A stretch of 64,000 nt of DNA from Acidimicrobiia bacterium. Its GTDB lineage: Bacteria > Actinomycetota > Acidimicrobiia > Spongiisociales > ZC4RG35. Shown here piece by piece: positions 56,492 to 64,000 of this stretch. The position numbers were made by a program, and so were the translations under genes. The notes beneath the pieces are model-generated. The model saw only the letters and a program-made list of their open reading frames with translations. It did not search any database and was not told where the DNA came from. Numbering within the stretch: the first letter of the stretch is position 1; every line of letters starts with the position of its first letter. The stretch spans positions 1,175,515 through 1,239,514 of the forward strand of contig OZ244166.1 in assembly GCA_965216445.1 (NCBI GenBank), written 5' to 3'.

Positions 56492-56914
56492 GTGTTCCTT
56501 GGTGAGTACTTCCACAGCCTGGATGAAAAGGGGAGGGTGGTTATGCCCTCATCCTTTCGCGACGATCTCAAGGCGGGCTGCGTGGTCATCAAAGGACAAG
56601 ACGGCCAGCTTCTCCTCTACACGCCGGATGAGTTCAAGAAAAGGGCAGACGAGGTTCTCGCCGAGCGACCCAAGAACAAGGCGGGCCGCCGATTCAGCAG
56701 GACGGTCTTTGCCGGTGCTGATTCGGTTGACATCACCGCCGGGGGAAGGGTCCACCTCAAAAGCGATCTGCGCACCTTCGCCGAACTCGAAGCGAATACC
56801 GAGGTTGTTGTGCTCGGAGTCCTGGATCACATCGAAGTATGGAACAAGGACCGGTACCTGGCTGATCGTGAGGCCGGCGACGAGATGTATCTGGAAGAAG
56901 ATGAGGAGGACTGA
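56492..56914 (+). CDS. mraZ: transcriptional regulator MraZ
   Basis: Start at GTG 56492 (VFLGEYFHSLDEKGRVVMP, matching the MraZ MFLG..H.LD.KGR N-terminus). Two SpoVT/AbrB-like repeats. The track start 56408 adds a non-homologous extension. Confidence 0.85.
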   Translation: MFLGEYFHSLDEKGRVVMPSSFRDDLKAGCVVIKGQDGQLLLYTPDEFKKRADEVLAERPKNKAGRRFSRTVFAGADSVDITAGGRVHLKSDLRTFAELEANTEVVVLGVLDHIEVWNKDRYLADREAGDEMYLEEDEED

Positions 56915-57018
56915 AACACCCAAACTGCGGCTGACTTATTGTCAGCCCTCCGGACACCAATGGAAGGCCCCTGACTCCGCCCGCTTCCCATTTGGTACCA
57001 GCGCCCGGGGGGCTGACA

Positions 57019-57954
57019 ATGAGCCAGAACCAGGACACGGGATCAACAGAGTTCCACCGGCCAGCACTGGTGGACGAAGTGGTTGACCTCATCCGTCCCG
57101 TGCTCCCCGGGTTGGTCGTCGACGCGACCTTCGGTGGCGGCGGGCATAGCCGCCGAATCCAGCAAGAGTTCGGTGAGGACGTTTCCGTTCTGGGTATCGA
57201 CCGCGACCCCGAAGCCGTTGCCAATGGCCGGGGGAGTGGCATAGATGTTGTCGAAGCCAACTTCGCGGACGTTGCGACAGTCGTCGCCGATCTGGGAGTC
57301 GAGGCTCCCGCAGCCATTCTCTTCGACTTCGGTGTGTCATCCCACCAACTTGACGTCCCCGAACGCGGATTCTCATATCGACAAGAAGGTCCGCTGGACA
57401 TGCGGATGGGGCCGGACGCAGCCCACACGGCTGACGAGATCGTTAATGAATGGGCTACCGACGACCTTGCCCGCGTCATCCGCCAATACGGAGACGAGCC
57501 CTTAGCCAAGCGGATTGCACGCTCAATCGTCGAAGCCCGTCCCATAAAGACCACCAGCCAGCTAGCCACCGTCGTCGCCAATGCTCTTCCGGCGGCCCGT
57601 CGTCGGGTAGGTCACCCTGCCCGACGAACGTTTCAGGCAATCAGGATTGCGGTCAATTCTGAGCTCGAGGCAGTCGCCGGCGGGCTGGACGGGGCAATCG
57701 AGGCCTTACGACCGGATGGACGTGTCCTTGCAATCAGCTATCACTCTTTGGAGGATCGCATCGTCAAGCGCCGTTTCGCAGCGGGTGCGGTCGGCTGCAC
57801 GTGTCCGCCTGATCTCCCCGTGTGCGGTTGCGGAAACGTCGCGGAGCTCCGAGTCTTGACCAGGAAGCCGATTCGTGCCTCTGAGACAGAAGTTGCAGAC
57901 AACAAGCGGGCGAGATCGGCCCTTCTCAGGGCTGCAGAGAAGGTCGCAGCATGA
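57019..57954 (+). CDS. rsmH: 16S rRNA (cytosine1402-N4)-methyltransferase RsmH
   Basis: HRPALVDEVV, DATFGGGGHS and FDFGVSSHQLD motifs. ATG 57019 chosen; an alternative upstream ATG is at 56992. Confidence 0.9.
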   Translation: MSQNQDTGSTEFHRPALVDEVVDLIRPVLPGLVVDATFGGGGHSRRIQQEFGEDVSVLGIDRDPEAVANGRGSGIDVVEANFADVATVVADLGVEAPAAILFDFGVSSHQLDVPERGFSYRQEGPLDMRMGPDAAHTADEIVNEWATDDLARVIRQYGDEPLAKRIARSIVEARPIKTTSQLATVVANALPAARRRVGHPARRTFQAIRIAVNSELEAVAGGLDGAIEALRPDGRVLAISYHSLEDRIVKRRFAAGAVGCTCPPDLPVCGCGNVAELRVLTRKPIRASETEVADNKRARSALLRAAEKVAA

Positions 57955-58334
57955 GTGCTCGCCCACAGAGGGCCGTCCAAGCTGACGGCGGACTTCGGGT
58001 TCTCCGGGGCCGGAAGATCAGTCGACCATCGGTCGCACCTTGGATGGTCATGGCCTTGGTCGGGATCACAGCGTTCTTCGGTCTTGTATTCGCTCGCACC
58101 TCCCTGGACAACTCGGCGTTCGAGTTGGCCGAGCTTCGCGAATCGATCGAAATACAGACCGAGTTGAATCGCGATCTCAGGATCGAGATTGCGCGGATGG
58201 AGAACCCGGCACGGATAGCACCGCTTGCTGAGGAAATGGGACTGGTTGTGCCGGATGAGACCCATCAGCTGCTGGTGGATCTCAATCCGGATGCACCACG
58301 AGTTATTCAGATAGACCGGGAAGAGACACAGTGA
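57951..58334 (+). CDS. ftsL: cell division protein FtsL-like
   Basis: 127 aa, single TM then coiled coil. Conserved position between rsmH and ftsI with ATGA overlap. Confidence 0.6.
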   Translation: MSARPQRAVQADGGLRVLRGRKISRPSVAPWMVMALVGITAFFGLVFARTSLDNSAFELAELRESIEIQTELNRDLRIEIARMENPARIAPLAEEMGLVVPDETHQLLVDLNPDAPRVIQIDREETQ

Positions 58335-58386
58335 ACGCCCGCTTACGCGCTGGAATCGGGCTCACGAACGGAACCGTCGGTTCCGC

Positions 58387-60156
58387 TTGTGGGGATTTCC
58401 AGCTGGTTGCATAACCGTGGCCGCGATCACGGCCGGCAAGAGGTGGAATGCGCAGAAGCTGCGTTTGGCTCTCATCGGCGTAGTCCTGCTTCTTTCGTGG
58501 GGCGTCGTGGCATGGCGGCTGGTGCAGGTCCAGCTGGTCACCGGGCCCGAAGTTGCAGAGCTCGGCCTGCAGCAACGACTGGTTTCTCGTGAACTGCCTC
58601 CGCAACGAGGCAAAATCTATGACCGCAATGGAGATCTGCTTGCCATGACAGTGGAGGCCGAGAGCCTCTATGCCGTTCCCGGTCAGGTTGAAGAACCGTT
58701 GTGGGTAGCCCAGCAGTTCGGGTCTCTTCTCGGAGTTGATGCAGGTGTGCTGTACGAACGTCTGACCTCGGATAGGGATTTCGTATACATCAAACGACAG
58801 GTTGACGCCGACACAGCTGATGAATTGCTTGCTCTCGGTGTCCGAGGCGTCTACTCGACTCCGGAGAACACACGGGTGTATCCCGCGGGAGAGGTCGCCA
58901 GTCACGTCGTGGGATTCGTTGACATCGATGGTCATGGACAGGAAGGGCTGGAGATCATCTACGAAGATGGCCTCAAGGGTGTTCCCGGACAGGAGCTTTT
59001 TGAACGGGACAAAGACAATGTCCCAATTCCTCAGGGAATCAACGAAATTGTCCCGGCGGTACCCGGTGTCGACCTGAACACAACCATCGATCTTCCCCTT
59101 CAGTACCAAGCACAACAGGCTTGTCTCGAGATGGTGGAGCGGGCCGAGGCGGAGTCTTGCTGGGTCGTTGCCCTCGAGGTAGAAACCGGAGCAATACTCG
59201 CAATGACCGGTGCACCTGCTTTCGATCCGGCGACACGGCTAACCACGGAAGGCGAGCCCTTCTCCAACTTCACTGTGCGTGGGATCTACGAGCCTGGTTC
59301 AACGCAGAAGCTGATCACGGTGGCGGGTGCCCTTGAAGAAAAGACCGTCCAAACAGGCACGATCTTCGAGGACGTCGGCGATGTGATCGAGCTGCGAGAG
59401 GGTGCTTGTGAGTCCGAGTCCGACGACATTCAGGGGTGCTACCGCGACTTCGATGAGCACGAAACCAAGGATATGACCGTCGAGGAGATCTTTGTTCAGT
59501 CTTCAAACGTCGGCACCATCAAAATCGCCGATACCCTCGGCGAGGATCGTTTGGTCGAGTACATCAAGGCGTTTGGTCTGGGTACGCCCACCGGTATCGA
59601 TTATGGGGCCGAAGCTGCCGGAATTCTCAACTTTGCAGCAGGTTGTGAGACCTGTTGGGCTTCGGGTGCAATCGGCTACTCAGTCGCTGTGACCCCACTC
59701 CAGGTAGCCGCTGCCTACGCCGCCATCGGAAACGATGGAGTATGGACCTCCCCACACATCGTCGCCTCCACGGTGGACGCGCAAGGCTCACTGGAGATCG
59801 CGGGCATGGAAACCAGGCGAGTGGTCTCGGAGGAGACTGCAGCTCTGATGCGAGAGCTGCTGGCTGGTGTGGTCGAAGAAGGCACGGGAAAGAACGCTCA
59901 GGTCGAGGGATATCGGGTTGGCGGAAAGACCGGAACGGCCAACAAACTTGGCGAAGACGGTCGCTACACCAAAGAAACCAGAGCAAGCTTCGTGGGAATG
60001 GCTCCAATCGACGATCCCCAAGTCGTGGTCGCGGTGTTGATTGATGCTCCGTCCCACAAATTCCGGACCGGTGGCGTGTCAGCAGCTCCAGTGTTCGCCG
60101 AAGTGATGGAACAAGCTCTCCACCGTTTGGGAGTGACTCCCGATGGTCTCGAGTAG
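58387..60156 (+). CDS. ftsI: peptidoglycan D,D-transpeptidase FtsI (class B PBP)
   Basis: Transpeptidase motifs STQK (SxxK), SSN and KTGT. N-terminal TM anchor. GTG 58417 is an alternative start. Confidence 0.85.
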   Translation: MWGFPAGCITVAAITAGKRWNAQKLRLALIGVVLLLSWGVVAWRLVQVQLVTGPEVAELGLQQRLVSRELPPQRGKIYDRNGDLLAMTVEAESLYAVPGQVEEPLWVAQQFGSLLGVDAGVLYERLTSDRDFVYIKRQVDADTADELLALGVRGVYSTPENTRVYPAGEVASHVVGFVDIDGHGQEGLEIIYEDGLKGVPGQELFERDKDNVPIPQGINEIVPAVPGVDLNTTIDLPLQYQAQQACLEMVERAEAESCWVVALEVETGAILAMTGAPAFDPATRLTTEGEPFSNFTVRGIYEPGSTQKLITVAGALEEKTVQTGTIFEDVGDVIELREGACESESDDIQGCYRDFDEHETKDMTVEEIFVQSSNVGTIKIADTLGEDRLVEYIKAFGLGTPTGIDYGAEAAGILNFAAGCETCWASGAIGYSVAVTPLQVAAAYAAIGNDGVWTSPHIVASTVDAQGSLEIAGMETRRVVSEETAALMRELLAGVVEEGTGKNAQVEGYRVGGKTGTANKLGEDGRYTKETRASFVGMAPIDDPQVVVAVLIDAPSHKFRTGGVSAAPVFAEVMEQALHRLGVTPDGLE

Positions 60157-61636
60157 GGCGCTGGATGAGTTGGCGGAGGTAACAGGGGGACATGTCATTG
60201 GAACTGCTCAAACTCGCGTTTTTGACGTCACCCATGATTCTCGTCAGGTTGATCAAGGCACGCTTTTCGTTGCTATCCAGGGAGCGAACTTTGACGGTCA
60301 CGATTTTGTCGATCAAGCCGTTGAGCGAGGTGCCTCCGGGGTCTGCGTCAATAATCCCGCTAGCACCGAGGTCAGCCAGCTCATTGTCAGAGACACAAGA
60401 GCAGCACTTGGCCAGCTAGCCGCAGAGATCCACGATCGCCCTTCGGACTCGATTGATGTGATCGGGGTGACCGGCACCAACGGCAAGACGACTGTCACCC
60501 ACTTCATTCATTCGCTTCTCACCAGCGTTGGAATCCCGACCGGAATGATTGGAACCCTGGGCAGCGTGGTAGGGGAGAGAGTGATCCCATCGCCACGGAC
60601 TACACCTGAAGCATCCGACTTCCAGAGGACACTTGCGTCGATGCGTGATCTCGGAGCAGTCAAAGTCGCAGTCGAAGTGTCGTCTCATGCTCTTGAACTG
60701 AAACGGGTTGAGGCGACCCGGTTTGCAGTGGCAGCCTTCACCAATCTCTCACAAGACCACCTCGACTTTCACGGAAACATGGCCGACTACCAGAGGGCGA
60801 AGGAACGTCTCTTCGAAGAGTTCGTCATCGAAACTGCAGTGGTCAATGTTGACGATCCGGTGGGTGCCGGTATTGCTGAGGGCTACACCGGTGAGTTGGT
60901 TCGTGTCGGTGAACGGGGCGAGTTTCGCTTCAGTGATTTGGAACCCAACCGGGAGGGAAACTCGTTCATATTGCACTCTCCGGAGGGCAGGAGGTCTGTG
61001 CAGCTCCCGATTTTTGGCGCCTTCAACATTTCGAACTTCGTTCTCGCGGTTGCGTGCGTCTACGCCTCCGGGGTGGAACTCGACCGGCTCTGGCCCCATC
61101 TCGAATCGGTTCAACCTGTGCCCGGAAGGTTTGAGATCGTCTCTTTGGAGGCTGACGACGGATCTCTGCCTCGAGCCATCGTCGACTACGCACACACACC
61201 CGAGGGGATTGAGAAGGCAGTCGAGACCGGTCGGGAGATGACTACTGGGAGGGTCATAGTTGTTTTCGGCGCCGGGGGTGATCGTGATGGTGCCAAACGC
61301 CCGCTAATGGGCAAAGCGGCTTCGGGTGCCGACGTAGTCATCATTACCAGCGACAACCCCCGCTCGGAGGACCCCGAGGCAATTATCGATGACATAGTTG
61401 CCGGAGGAGACGGGCCGACTCTGCGCGTCTCGGAACGGCGGCAAGCGATTGCCACCGCCATCGGTATGGCAACTGCAGACGATCTCGTGATGGTTCTCGG
61501 CAAAGGTCACGAGTCAGGCCAGGAGATAGCGGGTGTGGTCTACCCATTTGATGACGCCGACGTCGTTCGTCAGGAACTGATTCTCCGACGGAAGTCCACC
61601 AATTTCGACCCGAATTCAGGGACCATAGACCAGTGA
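60143..61636 (+). CDS. murE: UDP-N-acetylmuramoyl-L-alanyl-D-glutamate--2,6-diaminopimelate ligase
   Basis: GVTGTNGKTT P-loop and the DAP-specific DNPRSEDP motif. Confidence 0.9.
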   Translation: MVSSRALDELAEVTGGHVIGTAQTRVFDVTHDSRQVDQGTLFVAIQGANFDGHDFVDQAVERGASGVCVNNPASTEVSQLIVRDTRAALGQLAAEIHDRPSDSIDVIGVTGTNGKTTVTHFIHSLLTSVGIPTGMIGTLGSVVGERVIPSPRTTPEASDFQRTLASMRDLGAVKVAVEVSSHALELKRVEATRFAVAAFTNLSQDHLDFHGNMADYQRAKERLFEEFVIETAVVNVDDPVGAGIAEGYTGELVRVGERGEFRFSDLEPNREGNSFILHSPEGRRSVQLPIFGAFNISNFVLAVACVYASGVELDRLWPHLESVQPVPGRFEIVSLEADDGSLPRAIVDYAHTPEGIEKAVETGREMTTGRVIVVFGAGGDRDGAKRPLMGKAASGADVVIITSDNPRSEDPEAIIDDIVAGGDGPTLRVSERRQAIATAIGMATADDLVMVLGKGHESGQEIAGVVYPFDDADVVRQELILRRKSTNFDPNSGTIDQ

Positions 61637-62688
61637 TTTCTCTTCTGATCGGGGCGGCCGTGGCACTCGTGGTGTCAATCTTCGGTACCCGCTATGCCAT
61701 TGCGTTTTTCCGGCGGCGTTCCATCGGCCAATTCATCCAAGAAGAGATCGCCGGGATGCATGCCCACAAGCAGGGAACCCCCACGATGGGCGGAATCGTT
61801 TTCGTTGCGGCGGCGATCATTGGATGGGTGGTCTCCCACTTTCGGATCTGGGGTGGTGGTGAGTTCATTTTCGAGGTCAGAGAGTTCCGCCCGGGTGGTC
61901 TGCTAGCTGTTCTTGCTCTCGCTGGGATGGCGGTTGTCGGCCTGCTTGATGACTGGGCCAAGTACAGCAACAAGAGAAGCTTGGGGTTGTCCAAGGTCGC
62001 CAAGTTCGGCGGCCAGCTCGGCATCGCGGCGTTGTTTGCTTGGGGAGCGACCGCAGCCGGTATCACCACTGAGATCTCCTTCGTCAGGCCCCTGGGTATA
62101 GACCTCGGTGTCTTCTTCGTGGTGTGGGTACTGCTAATGCTGACCGGGGCCGCCAATGGAGTGAACCTCGCCGATGGAATGGATGGCCTCGCCGCCGGTT
62201 CGTCGGCGCTGGTATTCGCCTCGTACACCCTTATCGCCTTCTGGCAGTTCCGTAACTTCGACTCGGGGTTCTACGATCCGGTGAGCCCCTTGGAGCTGGC
62301 CGTCATCTCAGCGTCGATGTTCGGTGCGATTCTCGGTTTCCTCTGGTGGAATGCCCCACCCGCCAAGATCATCATGGGTGACGTGGGCTCGCAAGGGATT
62401 GGTGGGCTGCTTGCTGCACTCGCTCTTCTCACGAATACACACCTGCTTTTGGTGATTCTCGGCGGTATCTACGTTGCGGAGACTCTGTCGGTCATCCTCC
62501 AGGTTGCCAGCTTCAAGCTCACCGGCAACCGGATCTTTCGGATGTCGCCCCTCCATTTCCATTTCGATTTGGGTGGCTGGCCGGAGACGACCGTTGTGAT
62601 CAGGTTCTGGATTCTGACCGGTATCGGCGTCGCCCTCGGACTTGGCTTCTTCTACGCCGACTTCTTGTTGCTGGAGGGGATCCTTTGA
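61633..62688 (+). CDS. mraY: phospho-N-acetylmuramoyl-pentapeptide transferase
   Basis: Polytopic protein with NGVNLADGMDGLAAG and HFHFDL motifs. Confidence 0.9.
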   Translation: MISLLIGAAVALVVSIFGTRYAIAFFRRRSIGQFIQEEIAGMHAHKQGTPTMGGIVFVAAAIIGWVVSHFRIWGGGEFIFEVREFRPGGLLAVLALAGMAVVGLLDDWAKYSNKRSLGLSKVAKFGGQLGIAALFAWGATAAGITTEISFVRPLGIDLGVFFVVWVLLMLTGAANGVNLADGMDGLAAGSSALVFASYTLIAFWQFRNFDSGFYDPVSPLELAVISASMFGAILGFLWWNAPPAKIIMGDVGSQGIGGLLAALALLTNTHLLLVILGGIYVAETLSVILQVASFKLTGNRIFRMSPLHFHFDLGGWPETTVVIRFWILTGIGVALGLGFFYADFLLLEGIL

Positions 62689-63983
62689 GCCGGATACTGA
62701 TACTCGGTGCCGGGGTTTCAGGGTTGGCAGCTGCGCGTCTCGCTGCGAGTCGCGACATGAGTGTGACGATCTATGACGCCGATCCATCGGCAGAGGCGTA
62801 CGCATCCGGGTTTGGCTTGGCGATCGGCCCCTGGGATCACCTCCTCCTCACTGGCGTCGACCTGGTAGTCACATCACCGGGTTTCCCAGAACGCTCCTTA
62901 CCTGTTGTAGAAACACTCGAGGCGGGTCTGCCAATATGGAGTGAGATCGAGTTTGCCTCCTCCTACTTGGACGTACCTCTGATCGCAGTGACCGGAACGA
63001 ACGGCAAGACGACGGTCACGGAAGCCACGTCCCTGATGCTGGAAGCGTCAGGCGTGGATGCCCCGGCGACGGGGAACATCGGAGATCCGCTGTCCAACTT
63101 CGTCGGCACCCACCATCAGGCACTCGTTGTCGAAACCTCCAGTTTCCAACTCAGGTTCGTCGAGAAGTTTCATCCGGTCGCAGCTGCGGTCACCAACGTT
63201 GCAGCCGATCACCTCGATTGGCATGGCTCTGCGAGCGCGTATGCAGATGCAAAACGCAACATATTCGTCAACCAATCCGAGTCTGATCTCCTCGTCTTCG
63301 ATGCCGACGACCCCGGAGCGACGGACCTTGTGTCGTCGGCGTCGAGCGAGCGCTACCCCGTTTCGGGGGTGCGACTGCCTGAGGGGGGTGGTGGGGTTTC
63401 CGACGGAACGCTCTCGGTCGGAGACGTTGCGATCAGCCTCGAAGACCTCCAACTGACAGATCCCGTGCATCTGGCCAACCTTGCCACGTCAGCGGCCTTG
63501 GCCCTGTGGATGGGTGCGTCCGGCGAGGCTATCGAGTCAGCCGCTGTCAAATATCGTCCGGGTGTTCATCGACGTCAGGAGATAGCCAATGTTGACGGAA
63601 TCGTTTGGATCGACGATTCCAAAGCAACGAACCCCCACGCCGCATTGGCGTCGATTCGTAGTCACGATTCAGTTGTTTTGATTGCAGGCGGTTTGGCCAA
63701 AGGCACGGATGTCACCGTGCTGGGTCGAGAGCCGAGCCTGAAGGCCGTGTTCGAAATCGGCGAGAGCGAATCGGGTATTGCCAAGACGGCGGGCCCGATT
63801 GGTCATTTCGTCAAGACGCTGGAACGGGCGGTTACCGAAGCCGCTGCGGTTGCAAGGCCGGGTGACACGGTGTTGCTGGCGCCGGGCTGTGCCAGTTTCG
63901 ATCAATACACGTCGTACGGCGCCAGAGGCGATGCCTTTCAAGCACTTGTCGGGGAATTGCAACGGGAGGTTCCGACCCAATGA
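62685..63983 (+). CDS. murD: UDP-N-acetylmuramoylalanine--D-glutamate ligase
   Basis: N-terminal Rossmann ILGAGVSG, P-loop VTGTNGKTTVT, WIDDSKATNPHAA. Confidence 0.9.
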   Translation: MSRILILGAGVSGLAAARLAASRDMSVTIYDADPSAEAYASGFGLAIGPWDHLLLTGVDLVVTSPGFPERSLPVVETLEAGLPIWSEIEFASSYLDVPLIAVTGTNGKTTVTEATSLMLEASGVDAPATGNIGDPLSNFVGTHHQALVVETSSFQLRFVEKFHPVAAAVTNVAADHLDWHGSASAYADAKRNIFVNQSESDLLVFDADDPGATDLVSSASSERYPVSGVRLPEGGGGVSDGTLSVGDVAISLEDLQLTDPVHLANLATSAALALWMGASGEAIESAAVKYRPGVHRRQEIANVDGIVWIDDSKATNPHAALASIRSHDSVVLIAGGLAKGTDVTVLGREPSLKAVFEIGESESGIAKTAGPIGHFVKTLERAVTEAAAVARPGDTVLLAPGCASFDQYTSYGARGDAFQALVGELQREVPTQ

Positions 63984-64000
63984 CAGCAAATGTGACATCG
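63980..64000 (+). CDS. 5' end of next dcw gene (probably ftsW by synteny), truncated by window
   Basis: ATG 63980 overlaps the murD stop (ATGA) and is preceded by a GGGAGGT RBS. Only 7 codons (MTANVTS) lie inside the window. Confidence 0.35.

Noticed and set aside
1-64000. tRNA, rRNA, CRISPR repeats, transposase/integrase genes, tmRNA/SRP RNA conserved boxes
   Set aside because: I scanned intergenic gaps and the ORF list and found no cloverleaf-like or conserved-box candidates. No repeat-spacer periodicity, no DDE or tyrosine-recombinase-like ORFs.

Overview
This is a high-GC, actinobacterium-like chromosomal segment with about 75 tightly packed genes, many joined by 1-8 nt start/stop overlaps. 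No rRNA, tRNA, CRISPR array, transposase or integrase was recognised.

Main blocks, in order:
- Pirin, a YibE/F membrane protein, a proline-racemase-family enzyme, and a Nif3 plus zinc-ribbon (COG1579) pair.
- An operon of a group-II truncated haemoglobin followed by an SRAP/YedK abasic-site peptidase.
- An RNase P RNA gene (rnpB, type A, about 9688-10029), read directly from conserved P4 motifs.
- Aquaporin Z followed by a clean terminator hairpin.
- A lipoprotein with a TlpA-like thioredoxin fold whose CXXC active site is split by an in-frame TGA exactly at the first Cys position (FWAEW-TGA-PTCR). A SECIS-like hairpin starts 6 nt downstream. I read this as a selenocysteine (UXXC) selenoprotein that an ORF caller reports as two genes.
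- A complete System I cytochrome c maturation operon on the minus strand: tlpA-like lipoprotein, truncated Lgt-like protein, ccmA-B-C-D-E-F-H, then ccmG/dsbE. ccmD is a 35-aa ORF absent from the ORF track. System I is unusual for an actinobacterial-type genome.
- A Cho-like exonuclease/GIY-YIG nuclease, a TrmH methyltransferase, a nitroreductase and a USP/CBS protein.
- An OpuC-type osmoprotectant ABC transporter, then two tandem CNNM/CorC paralogs.
- A coupled operon: small membrane protein, metallophosphoesterase, SRPBCC protein, ArsA-HSP20 fusion ATPase, DUF1232 protein.
- An aminotransferase, threonine aldolase, and fabD-fabH-fabG-acpP.
- DinB, then a MoxR-DUF58-transglutaminase triad.
- An HNH endonuclease and a DEAD-box helicase with a canonical C-terminal RRM.
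- An F420-type LLM oxidoreductase.
- The start of the dcw cluster, mraZ-rsmH-ftsL-ftsI-murE-mraY-murD-(ftsW), with murF absent and MraZ-type TGGGN repeats in the mraZ promoter.

All calls rest on motif-level reading of the supplied translations and the nucleotide sequence. No database search was run, so every family assignment is open to correction.
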